Shown here one piece after another: positions 1 to 8,654 of a stretch of DNA of 64,000 nt. Origin of the DNA: Escherichia phage vB_EcoM_TH18; sequence record ON075799; one strand, written 5' to 3'. The stretch's first letter is position 1. Every line of letters starts with the position of its first letter. The notes beneath the pieces are model-generated. The model saw only the letters and a list, made by a program, of their open reading frames with translations, was not told where the DNA came from and did no database searches. The translations under genes and the position numbers were made by a program.

Positions 1-48
1 TATTTAATAGATCTTATAAGTTAGTTTAATTTGATCAGTTAGTATTGT

Positions 49-92
49 GTCCCCAAAACGGGGACATACCCATGTCCCTGAAATGGGGACAT
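49..92. repeat. Two tandem near-identical GC stem-loops (TGTCCCC-AAAAC-GGGGACA and TGTCCCT-GAAAT-GGGGACA)
   Basis: Read directly; they lie downstream of the minus-strand gene ending at 134; no clear U-tract. Confidence 0.4.
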
Positions 93-133
93 ATGGGAGA
101 CTACGTGAGTTAGCCTCCCTGTGTGGGTAAATT

Positions 134-568
134 TTACTCTTCTGGTGTATCCCAATCGAGATGATTATGGAGAAACTTCCTCACGTACTCCCTTGCATCC
201 GTTTCTTGTGTGTGGTCATCTGCCCACATTTTAGCCACATTCCCAGCCGCTTCGTAGAGTTCCCTCTCAAAAGCGGTTAGTCCTGGGAGAATATTTACCA
301 AGAGTTTTTCACTCTCTGAGATATTTTGTGGGTCAAGTGTCATGCTGGGGTCAATTAAGGTTTTCCAACCAGACCCAGAAAATTTCTGTATTTCAAGAGA
401 TTTCCTTGTGCAACTTACAAAATATTTTGTGGTATCTTGTTTAAGCGACCCAAAAATAAATTTACCACCGTTCCAACTCTTCCATGATATATCTATAGAA
501 CACCCCAGAGACAGGAAGTGAATATCCACTAACATGTCGAAAACTTTTAATTTACTTTGCGTGCTCAT
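134..568 (-). CDS. hypothetical protein
   Basis: 144-aa ORF, overlaps start region of next minus gene in operon-like fashion. Confidence 0.5.
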   Translation of the reverse strand: MSTQSKLKVFDMLVDIHFLSLGCSIDISWKSWNGGKFIFGSLKQDTTKYFVSCTRKSLEIQKFSGSGWKTLIDPSMTLDPQNISESEKLLVNILPGLTAFERELYEAAGNVAKMWADDHTQETDAREYVRKFLHNHLDWDTPEE

Positions 569-1988
569 CTAAATTTACAGCCCTTCCAAAAGGTGGTACA
601 AATTTATTATTTCCGCGACCACAAATAACCCAAAGAATATCCCATTTGCGTCCCCAATCTTTTTTCTTGTGGCTTAAATCCTCTATATATCCGTCTGTAA
701 AAATAATAACGTCTTTTGCATCAAAAATGTTATTTTCAATATACTCAAAAGCTGATGCTGCAAGAGTCCCACCAGTGGAATTTACTTTATAATCAAGCAT
801 TTCCTTAATATTTTCGTGTGTATAAACTTTAACCTCTCCGACTTTTGTTGACCAACAGAACAATGTCACGCGAAAAACTCGGTAAAGCTGGCATAATCCT
901 ACAATTTCTCCGAAGATTTTGTCTAAATTTGCCTTCGAAATTGATCCAGATACATCGAAGCCAATAACTATATCTATAGTATTATCGTACTCTCTTCCTG
1001 GTAAAACGATATGCTGTTTTTTGCCGATAGCTCCGTACTGTCGAAGTGCCTGTGTCATAGATCCAGACCTACGAGATGGCTTCCTGTATGTCAGGTTAGA
1101 CTTAATCCGAGAAAGCATACGCTGTTTGATTATCTGAAGATAATTTATGTGTGGTTTACGCATCCTCGCAATAACGTCACGTACCTCTTTCGGCCCCTCT
1201 CCTCCCGCTGCTTCCATTGCTGCTTCGATAAGACCAGATGACCACGACATATTATCATCTTTTTCTGCCTGGTTTGGCACTGGGTGAGGATCTTCATATC
1301 CCAGGGTATTACTGTCCTGATCATAATCCCCTATGTGTGTACCCATAGGTTTGCCAATAGACGGTTGGCCTTTGTTTATGAGACTGTAAATCTCCTCTGC
1401 TGTCATGCCGTGGAAATTAAAATCACAATAGCAATAAGCCATAAACCCAAACTCTTTATCTTTGTCAAAGGTTGTCTGTTTCCCTGTTGGGAAGAAACAC
1501 ATCTGGGTTGAGCGCGGTCCGAGATCAGACACCACCAAATCTGTATTGATATAGTGATCCGCTGCTGTGTTGTAGGTTTTAGAATCAAATGCCTTTCCAC
1601 GGGATAGATGGTCATTTGTAATATGACGTAGCTCGTGCATAAGAATAACAACAACCTCTTTGGGTGTCTTCTTACGGTAAAATACGTTCACATAGTCTTT
1701 ATAGTCATCTTTGTCTTGTTGAGACATTGTTGGGTGGTTATCCACACGTTCAAATACCTTCTTTTTCCTTTCTTCAGGCATACCCATAATAAACTCAGGG
1801 TTGAAGTAGAGGTTTTTGTGATCAGTGGCTGCTGTTGGCAACCATTTCCAGTTCGCAACTAAAGGAAGAGAACTTAACAAAGTACCGTAGAATGGTCGGT
1901 ACTTTAAAAGAGCTATTCGTGCAGATTGGATAACTTTTACAGCATCCTTCTCTAATCTGGCAATCATTTCATATTCGTCTTTTTGCAT
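552..1988 (-). CDS. vWA-domain protein with N-terminal HExxH metallopeptidase-like domain (CobT-like partner of MoxR/CobS ATPases)
   Basis: 'HELRH' zinc-binding-like motif and 'DVSGSIS' MIDAS (DxSxS) motif; RBS GGAGA upstream of ATG. Confidence 0.65.
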   Translation of the reverse strand: MQKDEYEMIARLEKDAVKVIQSARIALLKYRPFYGTLLSSLPLVANWKWLPTAATDHKNLYFNPEFIMGMPEERKKKVFERVDNHPTMSQQDKDDYKDYVNVFYRKKTPKEVVVILMHELRHITNDHLSRGKAFDSKTYNTAADHYINTDLVVSDLGPRSTQMCFFPTGKQTTFDKDKEFGFMAYCYCDFNFHGMTAEEIYSLINKGQPSIGKPMGTHIGDYDQDSNTLGYEDPHPVPNQAEKDDNMSWSSGLIEAAMEAAGGEGPKEVRDVIARMRKPHINYLQIIKQRMLSRIKSNLTYRKPSRRSGSMTQALRQYGAIGKKQHIVLPGREYDNTIDIVIGFDVSGSISKANLDKIFGEIVGLCQLYRVFRVTLFCWSTKVGEVKVYTHENIKEMLDYKVNSTGGTLAASAFEYIENNIFDAKDVIIFTDGYIEDLSHKKKDWGRKWDILWVICGRGNNKFVPPFGRAVNLDEHAK

Positions 1989-2007
1989 AATTATTCTCCA
2001 TACAAAA

Positions 2008-2031
2008 ATAGGCTATCTTTCGACAGCCTAT
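2008..2031 (-). terminator. possible intrinsic terminator/attenuator between minus-strand genes
   Basis: 7-bp stem ATAGGCT/AGCCTAT with extra inner pairs, followed on minus strand by TTTTTGT. Confidence 0.3.
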
Positions 2032-2039
2032 TATACTTG

Positions 2040-2303
2040 TTATTTTTTACTTGTAAATAATTCTATGGTATCAAGCGGCATAAAATTATTACCGCCAGTT
2101 AATCTAGCACCCCATACAGGAACTTGCTTTCTTGGTGGTTGGCTTGGGAACATAAAAAGTACGATAGCTTCTACAGAAGTTTTAATGTTCTTTGCATTTT
2201 TATAACGAACCCTATCACCAACTTTAAAATTTGGTTTATTTCCAGATTCAATCATCTGGGCTTCTTGAAGGGTAGCTGGTCTCCCAAGAATTTCTTCAAA
2301 CAT
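2040..2303 (-). CDS. hypothetical protein
   Basis: 87-aa ORF. Confidence 0.45.
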   Translation of the reverse strand: MFEEILGRPATLQEAQMIESGNKPNFKVGDRVRYKNAKNIKTSVEAIVLFMFPSQPPRKQVPVWGARLTGGNNFMPLDTIELFTSKK

Positions 2304-2499
2304 ACATTTTTACCTTTAATTTCTTGTTACCGATATTCCACCAACTTATAGCACTAAGCTCACTCAGCGCGTGGGGTCCAGAAGTCCCGCATTTCTGACA
2401 ATAAATGTAGTGGAAAACTGTTTGCCCAGAGCGTTTCTGTTTAAGCAAAAGTGCATCATTTTTACAAAATGGGCACGGTTTTGGTAGAAAATCTTTCAT
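2296..2499 (-). CDS. Lar-like zinc-ribbon protein (putative restriction alleviation)
   Basis: 67 aa, 'PCPFCKN...CQKCG' CxxC...CxxC pattern typical of Lar family. Confidence 0.4.
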   Translation of the reverse strand: MKDFLPKPCPFCKNDALLLKQKRSGQTVFHYIYCQKCGTSGPHALSELSAISWWNIGNKKLKVKMYV

Positions 2500-3296
2500 T
2501 AAACCACCTTATTCAGCATAGCTGTGATTTTTGGTAAACTCATTTTCGTATTGATCATGAGTTGTGTTAATGCTGTTTCCATCTTTTCAGAAACAATAAT
2601 AAAATTATCTTTTGCGAACCCTAGTTCCAAATCCATAATAAGAATAGGTTTTGGTGTTTTTGTTAACTTTTCGCCTGTTAGAGAACAGGTGTTTCTTGAA
2701 TATTTAGCCTTAAATTGTGCATAAGTAACGCTAACATTCATACCTGCTTCTGCAAATGTTTTGCAGTAGTTTGCGTATGCAAGTGCAATCTCAACATCAT
2801 CAGGAAGAGATTTTTCTTTCATCTCTTCAACCTGCTCATCAATAATTACATTCTCTGTCTCTTTCATATCTTTTTCCGTAGGTATATATTTCAGTTTTAA
2901 CTTTTCCAGATGGTCTTTTGACATATTCAACATCATTCCTTGGACGATATCCATGTCAAGCGGATCTGCAATCGTTAGAGCTTTCTTTTTGTCTACAAGA
3001 AAATCTTTTAACTGGTTTGCTCTCTTACCGACTACACAAACGTTTCCACGAACATACCCTTTTTTGTCATCTATTCGTTCCACAGATGGGTAGAGAGGGT
3101 CATTAGGTGTTGCAGAAAAAGGTAGGCCTGTGTAATCACAAACACCTTTCCCAAGTAATCCTTTACCCATCATAAACCAGTCATCTTCTGTCAGATTAAA
3201 CTCTATACCCCTTGCTTTGGTATTTCTCTTTTTGAAAAAGAGTCGTGTTTTGAGATGCCTTATCTCTTTGGTTGTAAACTCTTCATTCCAGTCCAT
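2499..3296 (-). CDS. putative homing-endonuclease-like protein (HNH-type variant), free-standing
   Basis: motif 'GIEFNLTEDDW...CDYTG...PSVERIDDKKGYVRGNVCVV' resembles phage HNH-family nucleases; assignment from memory. Confidence 0.3.
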   Translation of the reverse strand: MDWNEEFTTKEIRHLKTRLFFKKRNTKARGIEFNLTEDDWFMMGKGLLGKGVCDYTGLPFSATPNDPLYPSVERIDDKKGYVRGNVCVVGKRANQLKDFLVDKKKALTIADPLDMDIVQGMMLNMSKDHLEKLKLKYIPTEKDMKETENVIIDEQVEEMKEKSLPDDVEIALAYANYCKTFAEAGMNVSVTYAQFKAKYSRNTCSLTGEKLTKTPKPILIMDLELGFAKDNFIIVSEKMETALTQLMINTKMSLPKITAMLNKVV

Positions 3297-3360
3297 ACAG
3301 AATATCTCTGTCGCTTAACTTGTGTTCGTAGTATCTCACAAATTTTCAGTTTGTCAAGTG

Positions 3361-3389
3361 TTGACTTTGATTTTTTAGTTCTGTACATT
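3361..3389 (+). promoter_or_regulatory. sigma70-like promoter for rightward early block
   Basis: TTGACT-N17-TACATT in divergent intergenic region 3297-3425. Confidence 0.4.
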
Positions 3390-3425
3390 CCCCAGAGTTA
3401 ATGAAAGTTTTCTTAGAGGCCAGCT

Positions 3426-4292
3426 ATGATGAAGAATCTGACGGATTATGAAGGGTGTTTTTATTTTGATGACTATCTGCGCTCCACGAGATCTAATAAA
3501 ATAGATTTTGATTATGGTGGGGTATTCCGTGAAGCCCTTATAAGGGAAGTTGAAAGTCACCAACATGAACCAAACCCTTTAATGGAAATCGTAAAACATG
3601 CTCTACTTATGTGTTTTGATACCCGAGATAGGGAATGTTACTGGAAATATTATGTTGAAGCTGACGAGCGTGCTCACATGGCAAGTGTAAACTTAAAGCA
3701 TGAGTTTCCAAGATATGATGTTACTTGTGGGCAAATAACAATCTCTTTCCGAGGCTTTAATTATGGCATGTGTTTAGCAGGATCATTGTCTGCACGAACA
3801 CAAAAATTCCTGTCTGTTTTGTCCCGATTGGGGCATTGGGATGGTAATATGTTTTCCATAAAGGCTTCCTATGTTAGAACAAGCTCGGATATTCTCCGCA
3901 TCAGGGAGATTAACTCCAGTTGCGGATCCTTTTTTCTGGCAGGTTGTTATGGAATGCTTTACCAAAGCAAGATGTATGATTATGCAGGTCATGCTGCAAT
4001 TAAGATAACCAACACGCCAAGCGTAGAGAATAAGAAATCGCACTACTACTTGGTGTGTAATACCCAAGAAGTAATGTATCATCGTGTTGTAGAAAAAGAA
4101 CTAAAAGAGCTTATCTTGGGAGAGATCCCTACCCAGGAGGAACGCTTAATGATAGAGATGGCTGGGTACAAAGGAGAATTTTTTCTTGATTCTCTTGTAG
4201 ATTTTGATAATATCGGTATAAAACCCTTTAATATGAAAGAGGCATATGAATGGTACAATCGAAGTCTGTCCCCAGTAACATTCAAGATTTAA
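3426..4292 (+). CDS. hypothetical protein
   Basis: 288-aa ORF, RBS AGAGG upstream. Confidence 0.55.
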   Translation: MMKNLTDYEGCFYFDDYLRSTRSNKIDFDYGGVFREALIREVESHQHEPNPLMEIVKHALLMCFDTRDRECYWKYYVEADERAHMASVNLKHEFPRYDVTCGQITISFRGFNYGMCLAGSLSARTQKFLSVLSRLGHWDGNMFSIKASYVRTSSDILRIREINSSCGSFFLAGCYGMLYQSKMYDYAGHAAIKITNTPSVENKKSHYYLVCNTQEVMYHRVVEKELKELILGEIPTQEERLMIEMAGYKGEFFLDSLVDFDNIGIKPFNMKEAYEWYNRSLSPVTFKI

Positions 4293-4561
4293 GACCTCAT
4301 CAGGAGTTGGCTTTAGCTATAAAGTTGGCCTCTGAAAACCATCTTAAGCAGAAAGATCGTGGTGGAATGCCATACATTCTTCACCCATTAAGGGTGATGC
4401 ATGAACTTGGTAATGATGACCTACAGCTAATGGCAATTGGTGTCCTTCACGATATTCTTGAGGATACTAAAATTACAGCTTACGATTTGGTAAGGTTAAG
4501 GAAATACCATGAAATGCATCTTAAACTTGTTGATGCAAGAAAAAGATTTGAGGGGAAATAA
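4250..4561 (+). CDS. SpoT/Mesh1-like HD-domain protein (small alarmone-hydrolase-like), short form
   Basis: 'PYILHPLRVMHELG...LMAIGVLHDILEDT' matches the RelA/SpoT HD hydrolase signature; start uncertain (overlaps previous ORF). Confidence 0.5.
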   Translation: MVQSKSVPSNIQDLRPHQELALAIKLASENHLKQKDRGGMPYILHPLRVMHELGNDDLQLMAIGVLHDILEDTKITAYDLVRLRKYHEMHLKLVDARKRFEGK

Positions 4562-4776
4562 TGAATGTTTATCAACCACATCCATTTGATCCAAAGAACA
4601 AAGCGGTGATCCACAGAGAATGGGTGGAGAGAAGGAAAACAAACTGCCCTGTTAAAGGTACAGAGGATTACAATAGGTTTTACACAGCAAAGTTTGTTGA
4701 GTATACCTTTATTAACAAAAAGGGTAAGAAAGTGCATGTTGCAGAATACCCTTTATGGATAAAATGGGAGGATTAG
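4561..4776 (+). CDS. hypothetical protein
   Basis: 71-aa ORF, start overlaps upstream stop. Confidence 0.45.
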   Translation: MNVYQPHPFDPKNKAVIHREWVERRKTNCPVKGTEDYNRFYTAKFVEYTFINKKGKKVHVAEYPLWIKWED

Positions 4777-4777
4777 G

Positions 4778-4990
4778 ATGTATTGTAAACAGCAATATAC
4801 CCACAAAGGGACAATCCAAAACAAAGATTTCGGTTGGGTGTGGGAAGAAAAGTTAAAAGATGAAGGAAACTATTGGGTATCTCAAGATATGCACTCCGCA
4901 TCGGGTAAGAAGGCAAAATACCGTAAGAGAGACGGTAAACGAGTGGGTGGTGATGATTATCTTGATTTAGAATCTATTAAGGAGTTGTAA
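4778..4990 (+). CDS. hypothetical protein
   Basis: 70-aa ORF. Confidence 0.4.
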   Translation: MYCKQQYTHKGTIQNKDFGWVWEEKLKDEGNYWVSQDMHSASGKKAKYRKRDGKRVGGDDYLDLESIKEL

Positions 4991-4991
4991 A

Positions 4992-5348
4992 ATGGCACAG
5001 TGGAAACATCGACTTGATTTACGTGATATCTGGAAAGGTAATCCAGTAGAAGGTAAGGTAGAGCCTTGGGCAGATGATAATATTCACCTGTTTGTAGATA
5101 TGCTTGTAAAAAGAGTAAAACGACTTTTACCAAAGCAAACTGATGAAGAGAATGCTGACTTCGATGGGTGGTTGTATGATATTCTTGAAGAAATGCAGCA
5201 TATCCTCACATATGAAGAATATTTGGAAATCTGTAGCAAAGAGGATAACCCCAACCTTATCGTGAGTCCTCTACAGCAGTTCAATCTGGCCTTGGATGAG
5301 TTCTACGACTGGTGCGATGAAAACAGAGTTTGGGTGGATAAGTGGTAA
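4992..5348 (+). CDS. hypothetical protein
   Basis: 118-aa ORF. Confidence 0.5.
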   Translation: MAQWKHRLDLRDIWKGNPVEGKVEPWADDNIHLFVDMLVKRVKRLLPKQTDEENADFDGWLYDILEEMQHILTYEEYLEICSKEDNPNLIVSPLQQFNLALDEFYDWCDENRVWVDKW

Positions 5349-5584
5349 AACCTCTTGATTTTTCAGAGAGAGCGGAGTATTTAAAAACCGTTGTTAGAGC
5401 GAGGATGACACGACGACAATGGTTTTTAGTTTTTGGTGCAGAAAGAGTAGATAATTTTTCTGCCAAAGACCTTGCATCAAGCATTATCAATCTGTATGCT
5501 GATATTGAATCAGCAGATATAGACAGTATCATTGAAAGTTATCTTGAGCAGAAGAACGATTTAAGGAACGAGACGAATGTCTAG
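5342..5584 (+). CDS. hypothetical protein
   Basis: 80-aa ORF. Confidence 0.45.
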   Translation: MVKPLDFSERAEYLKTVVRARMTRRQWFLVFGAERVDNFSAKDLASSIINLYADIESADIDSIIESYLEQKNDLRNETNV

Positions 5585-6785
5585 TAGAAATATTTTTGAA
5601 GATCATCGTGTTACACTCCGTGATATTCCAAGCCTTATGAAATTTTGTAAGAAGGCAAACAAAGCACTTATGATGTTTGGTGGTGCTGGGCTTGGTAAGA
5701 GTCAAGTCATGAAGCAAGTTGCCAATGAGATGTTTGGTGAACGAGATGATAATCTCGTTGATTTTCGTCTTGCGGATAAAGATCCGACAGACGTAGTAGG
5801 TGTGCAGATTCCTGTAACAGACGATAATGGGAAAACACGTACAGTCTATGCGCTACCAGATTTCTGGCCAGAAGATCCAGATTGGGAAGGCATCATTTTC
5901 CTTGATGAACTTTTACATGCTGATAACTACTTACAGAAAGTGGCTTTCCAGATTGTTTTGGATCATAAAATTGGTAAGTACACCTTTCCAAAAGGCGCAG
6001 TTTTTGCAGCGGCAGGAAACCGTCCTGGTGATGGTACGGCAGTGACCATGATGGAAGCACCTTTGGCTAACCGTTTTATTGTTGTGGAACTTGATTACGA
6101 TGCCTCTGTGTGGATGCAGGATTATGCGTTGCGTAAAAATGTGCATCCATCAGTAATTGGTTTTATCCAGGCCAATCCCGATAAACTGGAAAACTTTGAG
6201 GCCATGTATGAGATTAACAGCCCTGCATATGCCACACCACGCACTTGGGTTACTGCAAGTGATATTCTGTATGCGTATGAGGATGGTGATCTTACTTCTC
6301 GCCTTGCAATGGCTGCTTTGCAAGGGTGTATTGGTGGGCCATTAATGAAAGAGTTATGGTATTACCATACTCGCGTTGCTGGTATGGTTCCCATTGAGAA
6401 AGTAATGGACGGTTCAATTAAAGAGCATACTGGGTCTGATAGCTCTGATGTGTTGTGGACGTTAGGATCACAGGGTTGCATCTGGCTACGTAAGGCTATG
6501 AAGAATACCAACTACACAGATGATCAGATTATTGACTTCTCAGCCAATTTCTTGCAATATCTGTATGATAACTTTGGTAAAGATGATGCTCATTCCAACC
6601 GTGATTTTGTATCATCTGTCTTCATGACGTTTATTAATGACAGCTCTACAGGGAAGGGTATTTTGTTAGATGGTCTTCGTGACAGACTGCCAGCGAAGTT
6701 ACTTAAGAAGTATCCTGTTGTTATGCAGATTATTACTGAATATCATAAGAACTTTGCAAAAGATGTAGATGCAATTTTAAATTAA
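5577..6785 (+). CDS. CobS/MoxR-like AAA+ ATPase
   Basis: Walker A 'GGAGLGKSQ', Walker B 'IIFLDELLH'; size and layout of phage CobS-like ATPases. Confidence 0.7.
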   Translation: MSSRNIFEDHRVTLRDIPSLMKFCKKANKALMMFGGAGLGKSQVMKQVANEMFGERDDNLVDFRLADKDPTDVVGVQIPVTDDNGKTRTVYALPDFWPEDPDWEGIIFLDELLHADNYLQKVAFQIVLDHKIGKYTFPKGAVFAAAGNRPGDGTAVTMMEAPLANRFIVVELDYDASVWMQDYALRKNVHPSVIGFIQANPDKLENFEAMYEINSPAYATPRTWVTASDILYAYEDGDLTSRLAMAALQGCIGGPLMKELWYYHTRVAGMVPIEKVMDGSIKEHTGSDSSDVLWTLGSQGCIWLRKAMKNTNYTDDQIIDFSANFLQYLYDNFGKDDAHSNRDFVSSVFMTFINDSSTGKGILLDGLRDRLPAKLLKKYPVVMQIITEYHKNFAKDVDAILN

Positions 6786-6826
6786 TAGCAGCAGCCTTAA
6801 TGTCTGCTTTTTATAAGGATACCTAA

Positions 6827-7243
6827 ATGAATGATAGGTGGATAAAAACACCCAATGGTGTTGAAGATCTTGATATTGGTAGATGGCTTGTCGTCTTGGC
6901 AGATGGTGAGATCGGCATTTGTGAATCCTATCAAGGCCATAACAGTATTGTTCATGTCATCAACGGATCTTTCTACTTTGATTGTGAACCTGTTATTGCT
7001 TACATGCCAATTCCAGCTATCAGTGATCTTCTGAAAGATCATCTTAAAACAGAGGCTAATTTTAAGACCGCTGGGGCTAAGGTGATGGATCTTGATGATT
7101 GGAATTTCGGTGTCCAAGCGGCTATTTACAGCCCTGAAGATGGAAATGGATACTGGTGTCCTAACGATAACTATGAATCTGACGTTTCCGTGTGGGATAA
7201 AAAACCAGACTGGGCGACACATGTGGTATGGTATAACCGTTGA
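6827..7243 (+). CDS. hypothetical protein
   Basis: 138-aa ORF. Confidence 0.5.
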   Translation: MNDRWIKTPNGVEDLDIGRWLVVLADGEIGICESYQGHNSIVHVINGSFYFDCEPVIAYMPIPAISDLLKDHLKTEANFKTAGAKVMDLDDWNFGVQAAIYSPEDGNGYWCPNDNYESDVSVWDKKPDWATHVVWYNR

Positions 7244-7419
7244 TGACAAAACATAAGTTTAAGAAAGACCAGCTACATGAGAAATGGTGGTTTGAGAGAT
7301 CCGATATGGTTATGGCTGGGTACACCTATAAAAATAGGCGTGTGTTTGTTGTTTGTGCTAAAAATAAAAGCGAGGCATTGGAAAGTATGAATGCCTTCCT
7401 TGAAAGGAGTTGTGAATGA
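7243..7419 (+). CDS. small ORF (58 aa), not in ORF track
   Basis: ATG overlaps upstream stop (TGATG) and its stop overlaps next ATG (ATGA); fills an otherwise empty 170-bp gap. Confidence 0.3.
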   Translation: MTKHKFKKDQLHEKWWFERSDMVMAGYTYKNRRVFVVCAKNKSEALESMNAFLERSCE

Positions 7420-7598
7420 AGGTTAAAATGATTTCTGATTTTTCCGATGTTGCTGGATATCCAAAAACAGGAGATATTCTTGAAGTAAGAGAAGAAATCT
7501 TTAATGGTAGTTTTCTTGAGTGTTACTCTTGCGAATGGAATGGGAAAAGACTTGATATCTATCCATACGAATGCGAAGAGGTATCAGACAATGCTTAA
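7416..7598 (+). CDS. hypothetical protein
   Basis: 60-aa ORF, translationally coupled. Confidence 0.4.
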   Translation: MKVKMISDFSDVAGYPKTGDILEVREEIFNGSFLECYSCEWNGKRLDIYPYECEEVSDNA

Positions 7599-8112
7599 GT
7601 ATAAAGTTGGTTGCTTAATAGAGGCAGCACTTAAAAGGGATGTTAATGTGATAGCTCATGGTTGTAATACATTTTGCACCATGGGGTCTGGAATTGCTAA
7701 AGAAATAAAGAATGCATTCCCAAAAATGTATGCTGAAGATTTAAAGACAGAGAAAGGTGATCGAACAAAACTGGGCAGTTATACTTGGGCTGTCATGAAC
7801 GAAGGTAAGCTGGCGGGTTTTAATTTGTACACACAATACGGCTATAATGGGCGTAGAATGGGTGTTAGAGATTTAAATTATAACGCCCTTTACGATTCTT
7901 TAGCAGCAATGCGAGATTGTTTGCAAAGGCACACAGATGGCTTTATGTCTGATTATAAGATCGGGCTGCCAAAAATAGGTGCTGGGCTAGCAGGTGGGGA
8001 TTGGAAAATCATAGAAACTATGATAGAATCTGTTCTCCATGATTGTGATGTGACAATTTATGTTTTAAATAAAGAGGAGATCCCAGATGGCAAAAGAGAA
8101 CATGCATCCTGA
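7591..8112 (+). CDS. macro-domain protein (ADP-ribose binding/hydrolase family)
   Basis: 'VNVIAHGCN...MGSGIAKEI' and 'IGLPKIGAGLAGGDW' macro-domain signatures; ATG at 7591 with GAGG RBS. Confidence 0.65.
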   Translation: MLKYKVGCLIEAALKRDVNVIAHGCNTFCTMGSGIAKEIKNAFPKMYAEDLKTEKGDRTKLGSYTWAVMNEGKLAGFNLYTQYGYNGRRMGVRDLNYNALYDSLAAMRDCLQRHTDGFMSDYKIGLPKIGAGLAGGDWKIIETMIESVLHDCDVTIYVLNKEEIPDGKREHAS

Positions 8113-8281
8113 TATTGCTTACGATAAAATTGCGGAAGCAATTAAAAGTATTGACCCAAAAATTGTAGATGTGCTGGATCGTAAAGATGCTATGAGCGCA
8201 ATTTATGACGCTTGCTATGAAGTTCTGTGGCAAGATGGTATGGAAGATATTGACGAGGTAGGGGCCAATGATGGAGAGTAA
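8087..8281 (+). CDS. hypothetical protein
   Basis: 64-aa ORF. Confidence 0.4.
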   Translation: MAKENMHPDIAYDKIAEAIKSIDPKIVDVLDRKDAMSAIYDACYEVLWQDGMEDIDEVGANDGE

Positions 8282-8654
8282 ATCTGTGACAGGCTTATCG
8301 AAAGATACATATATTTGTGGGAAGAGATATGCTGGTATCCTGTTTGGTGCTGAACCCTATTTTGGTTTTGGTTATACAAAAGATGTTCGATGCATTTGTG
8401 GATACTTAGCAGATGATCTCAAAAAGCGTGGATTTAGTGGTTCTAGTATCAGGACTTCTGTTGTCGAAAGTCTGATTATGCACGATGGAGAAATCTATGC
8501 TATTACGATGAACAGCGCCTATCGCTTAGGTAGCCTTCAATTACAACATTTTATCTCCAGTCCTGTGTGGAGTCAGGAAATCACGAAACTTCTTGCCCAG
8601 GCAACTCTTGGTGTGACTTTTATTAATAAGGAAGATAGTAATGCAAGCAACTAA
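8268..8654 (+). CDS. hypothetical protein
   Basis: 128-aa ORF. Confidence 0.45.
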   Translation: MMESKSVTGLSKDTYICGKRYAGILFGAEPYFGFGYTKDVRCICGYLADDLKKRGFSGSSIRTSVVESLIMHDGEIYAITMNSAYRLGSLQLQHFISSPVWSQEITKLLAQATLGVTFINKEDSNASN

